Source: Mytilus californianus (taxonomy: Eukaryota). From it: a stretch of 64,000 nucleotides of DNA. The notes below the pieces were generated by a model that had not been told where the DNA came from, ran no database searches, and saw nothing but the letters and a program-made list of their open reading frames with translations. Position 1 is the first letter of the stretch, and the number at the start of each line of letters is the position of its first letter. This document shows positions 49,713-61,024 of the stretch, in pieces. Both the position numbers and the translations under genes were made by a program. The stretch lies in assembly GCF_021869535.1 (NCBI RefSeq), contig NW_026262626.1:25668001-25732000 (forward strand), read 5' to 3'.

Positions 49713-52700
49713 AAGAAATACTTCCTTATCTCAGCCCAACGGCTTACATCTGGCTAAGTATTTAATTCTGATTTGAAGGAAAGTAATCACGTCACATAAT
49801 TTATTAAACAGATGAGTAAAAAAAATGAGATGATATGTTGAAGGTTAACATTCTGAAAATTCATATCATGTTGTGCATGTTCGTTATCGATTCGTATCGT
49901 AATTTTGTTTAGGGGCCAGCTGAAGCCCGACTCCGGGTGAAGGATTTGCTCGCTGTGTTGAAGACCCATTGATGGCCTTCAGCTGTTTTCTGTCCTTTGG
50001 TCGGGTTGTTGTCTCTTTGACACATTCCCCATTTCCATTCTCAATTTTGTTTTATTGAAGCCTTGTGCTATATGAGGAGGTTGACCACTTTCCCGGAAAT
50101 CAACGAGAAACAATAAATTCATATATACTTTTAATTGAAAATTCTAAAGAGAGGCTAGAGATACGAAAGGGACAATCACAATAAATAAGTCAAAGAGAAA
50201 CTACAAAATTGAAAAAACGATCAAAAGACTAACGACAGTGTACAAAACGGTATAGGAAACTAAAGTGATCTCAGGTGTACCGGAAGGGTAAACAGATCCT
50301 GTTCCATCTGGGGCACAAGTCATGTAATTCATGGTTGGTGAAAAAAAGTTGAGCAGTGAAATTTTGTAATTTCACAATCGAGAAAAAAGGATGTGATTGT
50401 AGCTACGATAATTGGAACACATTACTTACATATGCTACCATTTTATTTCAGGGGTCATCAAGCTCATGGTCAGGATCGGTAGGTAGTACAATATATATAA
50501 TGAGTTTTGACAATAAAAACTCAAATTTATAATTAACCGATTTAACTGTAACCGGAGAGTATGTTACTACAAAATCATAAGAGCCGGTTCGTTTCTGGCA
50601 TACGGTGTATACCCGATGCATCCGGAGCAACAGGTTTTTCGTTTGTTTCTGAAAATATAACACCGGAATATAGAAGAATGCATCGTTTTAATTTGACCGA
50701 CGATTCATTTCCAAGATGGGTGGAAATGTTGTACGTGTGGTTAAATTTGACTGACAAAACTAAAATTTTCTGAATTTTGGGATACGGGATTTTAATATTC
50801 TGATAAAAAAGCTCACTAATAACGTATATATCAAAAACCTACAATTTTAACACACACAATCACTTTCACAGAATCAGTACTGCGAATATATGTAACGAAA
50901 TAAAATCCTCACTAATCTAGCTAGCCGGCTACATGAGATAAATATGAATGGGTATTACCTTTGTAATCTACAATAGAAATGAATAGGTTAGGTATACATG
51001 TACTTTCGAGGTAACACACCCACCCCTGGTTTGCATATACATATATAAAATATGCAATAAAGTAACTCGAGGTACTATATTTCTTTTAAAAAATACGGCA
51101 AATCCACTGAAACACAAGTTGCCGCACAAATAGCGCTACAATCGGTCGGTTCGTTCTTTTTACAGTTGATTCGGTGTAGATCGACCACGTGGTCAGTGTA
51201 CACCGAATAGGTAAAAAACGAACCGACCCTTTGTCTCCACGGGACTCCAATTTCCGGGACCTCTGCGATACAAGGCAGCGTTCTTACCTACTGATGTTAA
51301 AAAGTACTTCCTTAGCTCAACCGCTTACGGCTGGCTAAGTATTTACCACTGAAGGGAGGCAATTCATTCACACGTCCACTACCTCAAGAGTCATCATAGT
51401 CATACCATTGTAACTCTAACACCACATACCCTGGCTAAGAATTCTCTCTATCAACCATGGGTGTTCAAGTTCGGCGTCAATTGTACTTGGAGAGCATCAT
51501 TTTTATTGAAGAATCACATTGTTGCCACCGGGACTCGAATCCGGCAGGGACATCTGTGTTTCAAGTCAGCGCTTTAGGCGAATGAGCTAAAGAAATACTT
51601 CCTTATCTCAGCCCAACCGCTTACAGCTGGCTAAGTATCTAATTATGATTTGAAGGAAAGTAATCACGTCACATAATTTATTAAACAGATGAGTAAAAAA
51701 ATGAGATGATATGTTGAGGGTTAACATTCTGAAAATTCATATCCAGTTTTGCATGTTCGTTATCGATTCGTATCGTAATTTTGTTTAGGGGCCAGCTTAA
51801 GCCCGACTCCGGTGAGGGATTTTCTCGCTGTGTTGAAGACCCATTGGTGGACTTCGTCTGTTTTCTGTCCTTTGTTCGGGTTGTTGTCTCTTTGACACAT
51901 TCCCCATTTCCATTCTCAATTTTGTTTTATTGAAGCCTTGTGCTATATGAGGAGGTTGACAACTTTCCCGGAAATCAATGAGAAACAATAAATTCATATA
52001 TACTTTTAATTGGAAATTATAAAGTGCGGCTAGATATACGAAAAGGCAATTACAATAAATAAGTCAAAGAGAAACAACAAAATTGAAAAAAACGACCAAA
52101 AGACTAAAGACAGTCTACAAAATGGTATAGGAAACTAAAGTGATCTCAGGTGTACCGGAAGGGTAAACAGATCCTGTTGCATCTGGGGCAAATGTCATGT
52201 AATTCATGGTTGGCAAAAAAAAGTTGAGCAGTGAAATTTTGTGATTTCACAATCGAGAAAAAAAGGATGTGATTGTGGCTACGATAATTGAAATATATTC
52301 CTTACATATGCTACCATTTTATTTCTGCGGTCATCAAGTTCAAGGTCAGGATCGGTAGGTAGTACAATATATATAATGAGTTTTGACAATAAAAACTCAA
52401 ATTTATAATTAACCGATTAAATGTAACCAGAGAGCATGTTACTACAAAATCATAAAAGCCGGTTAGTTTCTGGCATCCGGTGTATACCCCATGCTTCGGA
52501 GCAACAGGTTTTTCGTTCGTTTCTAAAAAAATTAACACCGGAATATAGCGGATTGCACCGTTTTAATTTGACCGACGGTTCATTTTCAAGATGGCGGAAA
52601 TGTTGTACGAATGGTTAAATTTGACTAAGAAAACTAAAATTTTCTGATTTTTGGGATACAAGATTTTAATATTCTTATAAAAAAAAACTCACAAATGACG

Positions 52701-54715
52701 TATATATCAAAAACCTACAATTTTAACACACACAATCATTTTCACAGAATCAGTACTGCGATTATATGTAACGAAATAAAATCCACACTAAACTAGCTAG
52801 CCGGCTTAATGAGATAAATATGAATGGATATTACCTTTGTAATCTACAATAGAAATGAATAGGTTGGGTATACATGTACTTTCGAGGTAACACACCCACC
52901 CCTGGTTTGCATATACATATAGAAAATATGTTATACTTATGTAACTCGAGGTACTATATTTCTTTTTAAAAATAAGGCAAAACCACTGAAACACAAGTTG
53001 CCGCACAAATAGCGCTACAATCGGTCGGTTCGTTCTTTTTACAGTTGATTCGGTGTAGATCGACCACGTGGTCGGTGTACACCGAATAGGTAAAAAACGA
53101 ACCGACCCTTTGTCTCCACGGGACTCGAATTTCCGGGACCTCTCCTCAAAGTACTTTCTTAGCTCAACCGCTTACGGCTGGCTAAGTATTTACCACTGAA
53201 GGGAGACAATTCTTTCACACTTCCAGTGACCACCACCTCATGAGTCATCATAGTCATACCATTGTAACTTTAATAACACATACCCTGGCTAGAAATCCTC
53301 TCTATCAACCATGGGTGTTCAAGTTGGGCGTCAAATGTTACTGGAGAGCATGATTTTTATTGGAGAATCACATTGTCTCCACCGGGAAACGAATCTGGCA
53401 GGGACATCTGTGTTTCAAGGCAACGCTCTATGCAAATGAGCTAAAGAAATACTTCCTTATCTCAACCCAACCGCTTACAGCTGGCTAAGTGTCTAATTCT
53501 AATCTGAAGGAAAGTAATCACGTCACATAATTTATTAAACAGATGAGTAAAAAAAATGAGATGATATGTTGGAGGTTAACATTCTGAAAATTCATATCCT
53601 GTTGTGCATGTTCGTTATCGATTCGTATCGTAATTTTGTTTAGGGGCCAGCTGAAGCCCGACTCCGGGTGAAGGATTTTCTCGCTGTGTTGAAGACCCAT
53701 TGATGGCCTTCAGCTGTCTTCTCTCCTGTGGTCGGGTTGTTGTCTCTTTGACACATTCCCCATTTCCATTCTCAATTTTGTTTTATTGAAGCCTTGTGCT
53801 ATATGGGGAGGTTGACCACTTTCCCGGAAATCAATGAGAAACAATAAATTCATATATACTTTTAATTGGAAATTATAAAGTGAGGCTAGAGATACGAAAG
53901 GGACAATCATAATCAATAAGTCAAAGAGAAACGACAAAATTGAAAAAAACGACCAAAAGACTTACGACTAAAAATGGTATAGTAAACTAAAGTGATCACA
54001 GGTGTACAGGAACGGTAAACAGATCCTGTTCCATCTGGGGCACAAGTCATGTAATTCATGGTTGGCGAAAAAAAGTTGAGCAGTGAAATTTTCTGATTTC
54101 ACAATCGAGAAAAAAGGATGTGATTGTGGCTACGATAATTGGAACATATTACTTACATATGATACTATTTTATTTCAGGGCTCATCAAGCTCAAGGTCAG
54201 GATCGGTAGGTAGTACAATATATATAATGAGTTTTGACTAGAATAAAAGAAAAGAATGAAAAAGGGGAGGGGTGTCGCAGTTATGTTAAAAAAAGACTTG
54301 TCATAGCAAGAGTAAGCCTGAATAAGTCATTCAGCATGATTACTAAGCATTCTAGCGATAAAATCATTCAAGAATTAGGTTGAAAACAATCGTTTTCTTG
54401 ATTTTTCATATTTTTGGGGGGATGTCTTTGATGAATGGTGAGGATTTAACAACATTTTGCAAGGAAGAAGTTTAAGTTGTTGTTAATGGAGATAACGGTT
54501 GTTATCTTCAACTAAAAGAAGTTATTTAAAAAATATTAAAAAACAAGGTGGTCGACATGACAGTAATCACGACAAGCGACTCATGTAATACGTACATGTA
54601 GCATAGTTTATGTTTTGTAGAAAGGTTAAGGCGATAAAAATATAAATATTACACATTCTTGGAACAGCATTAATTTTGCGGTTTCGGTATAATTTGTTTT
54701 TATATAACATTTCAG

Positions 54716-54792
54716 TTTTCCTATGACATGAACAAAAAAGGTTTGAGGAGACTTTACAACAGTCCAGTTACGAAAGTTGAAAGTTACTCCAG
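54716..54792 (+). CDS. Protein B, coding exon 2
   Basis: tttcag|FSYDMNKKGLRRLYNSPVTKVESYSR|gtaaat; 77 nt, phase 0-2. Confidence 0.88.
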
Positions 54793-54968
54793 GTAAATCT
54801 TACAACATTACAACTTCTTTCCTAGAAAATGGCGCAAAGCTGATAAAGCACTGAAAGCTAATTCTTGTTCAATCTAAACTCAAAATATTGATTATTGATA
54901 AGTTACCTTAGATCTACCGCTTTTAAATATTGCAGTTTAATAATGAAGTATTTTTTTTCAATTTTCAG

Positions 54969-55121
54969 ACCACTTGGAGGATTCCTTGGGAAAGCTGGAC
55001 TAGACCATACTGGAGTTGTAGCTACAACTAAAGATGGCGGCAGATATCTGGTACACAAAGGAAGTGGTTATGGGAAATCTTCCAGTACAGTCGTAGTTGA
55101 TGCTAAGCATATGTCTAACAA
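54969..55121 (+). CDS. Protein B, coding exon 3
   Basis: tttcag|PLGGFLGKAGLDHTGVVATTKDGGRYLVHKGSGYGKSSSTVVVDAKHMSNK|gtaagg; 153 nt. Confidence 0.92.
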
Positions 55122-55229
55122 GTAAGGAATACTATCATCACTCAGTGGGCAAACATGGCATAGGATCTGTATATTGGAAATTTTACAAACTCTCAGTACT
55201 TACTCATTCGGAAAATTAATCAAATATCT

Positions 55230-56058
55230 TTTTATACGCCCGTCAAAATTTTGACTGGACGTATTATGGTATACAAATGTCGTCTATCCGTCTGTACGTC
55301 TGTCTGTCCGGCGTAAACATGTCGCACCATAACTTGACAACGACTTATCCAAATTTCATGAAACTTATTACAGTTGTTTCTTATAATAGTCAAACGATCT
55401 GTATACTTTTTGGTGAAAATAAGATTAAAACATTTTGAGTTACAGGACTGAGTAACTAAAACAGGTGTGTGTTTTTTCACATGTCGCGCCGTATCTCAAG
55501 AACAATTTATGATTATTGCTTAAAACTTTACACACTTCTTAGTTATATTAATCTTAAGATCTGTATACTTTTTGGTGATGATTCAGAATTTTATTTTTGA
55601 GTTATTGAATATTTTGTAAAAAAAAAAGGGGGAGGGGTTTTTCACATGTCGCGCCGTATCTCAAAAACGATTTATGATTATTGCTTAAAATTTTACACTC
55701 TTCTTAGTTATATTAATCCAAAGATCTGTATACTTTTTGGTTTTGATTAAAATTTTATTTTAGAGATATTGATTTTTTTTTTTAAAAAGGGGGGTTTTCA
55801 CATGTCGCGCCGTATCTCAAAAACGATTTATGATTATTGCTTAAAATTTTACACACTTCTTAGATATATTAATCTTAAGATCTGTATACTTTTTGGTTTT
55901 GATTCAAAAATTTATTTAAGAGATATTGAGTTTTTTGTAAAAAAAAAGGGAGGGGGGGTTTCGTATGTCGCGCCGTATGTCAGAAACTATTTATGATTAT
56001 TGCATAAAAGTTCACACACAAGACGACGGGCGTATCATGCGCTCATGGCGCAGCTGTT
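55230..56058 (+). mobile_element. HINE-like element with ~158-bp internal tandem repeats
   Basis: 5' tttttatacgcccgtc, (gtct)n tract, repeats cacatgtcgcgccgtatctcaa at ~55478, 55643, 55800 and 55963, 3' gacgggcgtatcatgcgctcatggcgcagctgtt. Confidence 0.78.
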
Positions 56059-56553
56059 TATTTATTATCACATAGTTTTGTTAATATATATATAAACATA
56101 TACTGAACTCTTTATTTCTTTTGTTAACTCGTAGTTATGATTCTCTGTCAAGTTGTTGTTTATCGCTTTGTTAAAAAGGATTGTCGAAAGCAAATTCTAG
56201 TAACCGTCTCGGTGATCTCTTTCACTTTTACGTGTTGGAATCAGAACACTTATCTTATAAAGCATCATTACCGATTATTCTAACAGTAATTTTATAATTA
56301 AGTTGCACATTATATGTGAATAAAAAGGAAATTTGAGGAAAACCTAAATGAAACTGCATGAAACAACCATACAAAAAAATGATCAACATTTTTTGTATCT
56401 TTTCCATGTGTTTTGTTGGAAGTTTGCTGTTATTCGGGGGGAAATCCCTAGATTCCACATCATATCCGAAATAATTCAAATCAGATATGCTCTGAGGACA
56501 TTGGCTGTATTTAAATCTTTCGATTTCAATATTGTAACGGAATCTTTTTTCAG

Positions 56554-56725
56554 ATGGTCAAAGACTGGAGAAAAATATACAAGTGGAAAAACAATATCTG
56601 ATCTCATGAAGGATGGTTATGTCAACCAAAAATATGGAGTAGGACCAAACAGGAAAATATGCTGGCAGTCTTCCAACAACATAATGTACAAGTCGGGTCG
56701 CAAAAAGAGGCGAGCATGTCGTTAA
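56554..56725 (+). CDS. Protein B, coding exon 4; total 156 aa
   Basis: tttcag|WSKTGEKYTSGKTISDLMKDGYVNQKYGVGPNRKICWQSSNNIMYKSGRKKRRACR*; AATAAA about 30 nt downstream. Confidence 0.92.
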
Positions 56726-58891
56726 CCAGTAAAACATTCTAAAGTATATATTAAATAAATAGATTCCAGCTGTCGATTTGAGATTTCATTAAATGTTTTA
56801 AATTGTTTGTAAATATTGTAAAGAAACATGCAGAGAATAAAATTTACACACTGTTAAACTTGACTTCCTATCAACAAGAGGTACCTTGTCGGTCTTTGAG
56901 TAAAATACGTTTTTAGTGATATTTGTCGATATTTTCATCGACCTAAGCGGCTAAGCGGCATTCTGTTTTAATCAATATATATAAAGGTCAAAGCTACACA
57001 AACATATATATATCTCCTGAGTCACATTGTATCAGCAGCAGATTTGGCCTACCTATGTGACAGTTTACTTAACGGGAAATTATCAGTATTTTGATTGTTC
57101 TCAAAGTTCAATGATAGGGAGGTATGGCCATTTCCCCCGGAATGTATTTCATTTAATTTCGGTGTATCATAGTCAGAATATATTTCCTTTTTTATGAATA
57201 ATTCTTGGTGATTTCTATAAAAAAAAAAGTGACGAGGTCTGATGATAATACACACTAAGAAAACATTTTTGATGTTTCAACCGGAAAATATGTGAAAAAA
57301 AATATTAGGAGGATACGTGAATGAGACAGCAACCTAAATACGCAAACAATCCCAAATAAATACATCAAGAAGTCAATAACGGGCGCCGTGTTGAAGACCG
57401 TACTTTGACCTATAATTGTTAACTTTTTATACATTGTGACTTGGATGGAGAGTTGTCTCATTGGCACTCAAACCACATATTCTTATTTATATTTACCAAT
57501 AGACGTGTCTAAACAATAGCTCTCAGACTGAATCACTCCGAATTTAATAAGAATGGCGAATAAATTAAATCAAAGATCAGTCATTAACATCACACTTTCT
57601 AAATGATAAAAAAAACATTACATTATAACAATAGATAACCAGTGATGAATTTCCTGGCTTGTGACATGTACATAAAAATGTAGCAGAGCTGGAGGAGAAA
57701 AAAAAACAACTAGCAGCAAAGGAATCGCGCTTTTATTGCTGTTCTTCATCTCAAAGTCACAGCGAGGCTTTTAAGAGTGCATTCCTTATACGTAAACAAG
57801 ATGTACCCTCTAAACTACGTCTATTTCCTTATGAGTCACGCGTTTTTCTGAACAAAATCAAAAACTCGTTTCTTTAGTATCATAGGTTGTTGGTAAATGT
57901 AAAAAAAAAAAAAACATTATCACATACGACAAAATTATGAGTATTTTGCTAATTGTCAGAAATACATAAACAGAGACATTGATTTGCAACAAATCTTGTT
58001 TATTCAATGACCATAACATACAAAACCTTATACCTACTTATATTGATAATATATAGAACATAGTGTACGCATGGCGAGAATAGAAACAATTAAAATTCGT
58101 AATAAGTTTACCAGATGTAAATGTTGAACATAATTGACCTTCGTCGAAGGTTAGATACCATTCCAATAACCATAGAGGTTTAGTTAGCTATAAAACCAGG
58201 CTTTATCCACAACTTTCTACATGAGGAAATGCCTGTACCAAGTCGGGAATATGACAGTTGTTTTCCATTCGTTTGATGCGTTTGAGCTTTCAATTTTGCC
58301 ATTTGACAAAGGCCTTTCTGTTTTGAATTTTCCTTGAAGTTCGGTATGTTTGCTATTTTACTTTTTACCTACGTATTGTAAATCTCAACACCATTTAAAA
58401 CCGAGGGTTTATAAACTTTATGAAATTGCTGAATCATAGTCCTCCACTGGGCATATAAGGAAAAGTTTTGCTAGTTAATTAAAACTATAAACAAATGTAC
58501 GCTTGACTGAGATATCTAATAAAAAATATTGTAGGTATAGATATTCAGTATAAAATTGTGAAAAACAAGCGTACAGTTAGCCTTACTTCAAAACTCACCC
58601 TTAACAAATTCAGACTGTAAAAGTTCGCATTTGTGCCCCATCGCCCTCAATTCAATACATTTTCATTTTATGTTCTTTATATTAACCATTTAATGATATT
58701 TGCCCCAATATGACTTTTTGTTTTGCTGGTGTTGAAAATACCAACTATACATGAACCAAAATATACGAAGTGAAAAAAATGTAAAATTCACAATTCATGG
58801 TTTTTTAAAATACAAGAGTATTCAATAAAAATAAAATACTCTGACAGTTATCTTGCAGTACTGATTTATTTTTGGTTGTTTATTTCAGCTT

Positions 58892-59051
58892 TTAACAGTA
58901 TCTTTCAATCATGTTCCACATTCCGTTAGCTGCTGTTTGACAGTTTGGGCCTAACAACCTATAATCATAATGTATCCTTGCTGCCCTGAGGAAGTCATTC
59001 ACTGATTTTTTACAAGCGCCAACACCTCTTGATTTTGTTCGAGTCCATGTT
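58892..59051 (-). CDS. Secreted permuted papain-like protein C, coding exon 3 (NC motif); total 186 aa
   Basis: aacag|TWTRTKSRGVGACKKSVNDFLRAARIHYDYRLLGPNCQTAANGMWNMIERYC*; AATAAA on the minus strand ~20 nt after the stop. Confidence 0.9.
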
Positions 59052-59942
59052 CTGTTTAAACATAAATTATGAATTAACAAAAATACAAAAAGACTGTCAT
59101 AGCTTCTAAATCATTTTGAAACGCAAAACACTTCCAAGAATTCGCATGCCCCTCAAAAATGTAAATACTGGTAGATCACATTGAAGAGTTATCCTCTTTT
59201 TTTTTTTCTTAATCGAAAATCGATACAATTTGAAAATTTATAAATGATGATAATGCCTTAAGTATAATGTGCTTCTTGCCTCCGGGTTCGGGATTTTCTT
59301 GATGTGTAGAAGACCCATTTGTGGCATCGGGTCGTTTTTCCTCTTTGGTCGGGTTGTTGTCTCTTTGACACATCCCCAGTTTCCATTCTCAATGTTATTC
59401 TGTTCTGGTTTTACTGAGTTGATGAGATGCTTTCTCACTGACGTCCATACAACGTCTCTTTTTATTAACGTGTAAACATTTTTGTTTTGGAGTCAGTTAT
59501 TCGTACAGTATTCAGTACTAATAAAATGACACGTTTATGTTTCATGCGTGCGAAGCGCTTTTCTGGATATACCTTCATTAGGAACGCTCAAAGGCGAATA
59601 TTTGAAAACCAAGGATGTATAAGAACCTAGTAAACAGTTGAAGAGCTATATTACCAAAAAAGACATAAAAAATAGCCAAATCCATCTAAGGTCAACTTTG
59701 CCTGAGGGAGTTGAAACATTGGTTTCTAATAATTTCAAAATTTATCAACGGACAATTCTTTTTAGAAAGGTTTGCTATAAATCATGTCAGTACCGAAGTA
59801 CTGGTGTTGTGCAATTTTTGTTTTCACGTTTAATTTGGCTATGAATAAGCATGCAAGATAAAGCATCATTCTTCTACTAAAAAAGTTAAGCGTCTGATTA
59901 ACACCACATTTGCGTTAAAAATATGTTATAAATAACACTCAC

Positions 59943-60206
59943 CTGTTGTCCATATTTTGTGCGTCTGTGATAACGGTGTCCCATTTATCGCCATAGTCAC
60001 TTCCTTTATGTATTAGCCAACGATTTCTTCCAACAACATACCGATCGATAGTGACAACCACACCTGCATGATGGAGATGGTAATCCAAGTCTCTCTTCCC
60101 AAACCACCTGCTAGATCTGGACGAAGACCGTCGTCGCCAGAACCACCCTCCACTAGAAGAACCAGATGGCTTTTTAGACAAACCCGAAGAACTGGAACCA
60201 AGTGGT
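59943..60206 (-). CDS. Protein C, coding exon 2
   Basis: ctgtag|PLGSSSSGLSKKPSGSSSGGWFWRRRSSSRSSRWFGKRDLDYHLHHAGVVVTIDRYVVGRNRWLIHKGSDYGDKWDTVITDAQNMDNR|gtgagt; 264 nt, phase 2-2. Confidence 0.9.
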
Positions 60207-60887
60207 CTACAGTAAACACAGAAATAAGCTATAACTGCACTGAATTACATAAATTATTGAATTCAGATAAGTGATTATTTGATTTGCTTTATGTCGCCTA
60301 AATCCTATATATTATATACTGGTGTTACATGTGGAGCAGGATCTGCTTACCCTCCCGGAGCACCTGAGACCCCCCCCCCCCCCCCCCTTTTACAGTTTTG
60401 GTGGTGTTCGTGATGTTAAGTCTTTAGTTTTCTATATTGTGGTTTGTGTACTGTTGTTTTGTCTGTTTGTCTTTTTTATTTTTTAGCCATGATGTTTTCA
60501 GTTTATTTTCGAATTACGAGTTTGAATGTCCAAATTGGTATCTTTCGCCTCTCTTTTGTGACGAGATCTTATAGATATCACAAAAAAAGTGTTGTTTAAG
60601 AAAAATCAAAATATTAGTAATATTTGAGTTTAATACGAAATGTCAGACTTGTAAACAAAAAAATCTTAATTGGACTATGGTTATAAAAAAGCAACATAGC
60701 ACATATTTAGACTGAAACATTTTCCAATTTATCCTAAAACAGAAACAATTTCCAGTTGATTAGTCTGTAACGAAATTAAGTTTAGATTTTATATGAAGTT
60801 GTTCAGTAATTAATGACCAAGTAAAAATATTATTTGTTTTCTTAAGCATTTCTAAATTTTACAATCAAATAATAAAAAAAAACATAC

Positions 60888-61024
60888 CTTGTATAATATT
60901 CAGCACTTAGTACTTTTGAATTGTACAATCGAGTTAAACAAGCCTGAGTAGGACAATCTGCACTATCTACAACAGAATGGAGACAATGGACAAACAGCAA
61001 GAGAAACAATTCTTTCAAAACCAT
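60888..61024 (-). CDS. Protein C, coding exon 1 (signal peptide plus LTRLYNSKV)
   Basis: MVLKELFLLLFVHCLHSVVDSADCPTQACLTRLYNSKVLSAEYYTR|gtatgt; 137 nt, phase 2. Confidence 0.88.

Larger units (their letters stand above)
44993..54238. repeat. Tandem macro-array of four ~1.87-kb units (first unit deleted and interrupted) in intron of gene B
   Basis: Unit starts at 44993, 48640, 50512 and 52388; the array ends at 54238 on the base preceding the unit start motif. Confidence 0.9.

Noticed and set aside
49364-53443. Functional tRNA genes in the array
   Set aside because: There is no pairing acceptor stem and the T and anticodon arms are irregular; treated as tRNA-derived modules.
45386-53937. Recurrent ORFs in the tandem arrays (MPDHQFKIPSIQ..., MGLQHSE..., ...KLRMEMGNVSKRQQP...)
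   Set aside because: They recur because the DNA is repeated, are broken at different places in each copy, and show no domain motifs.
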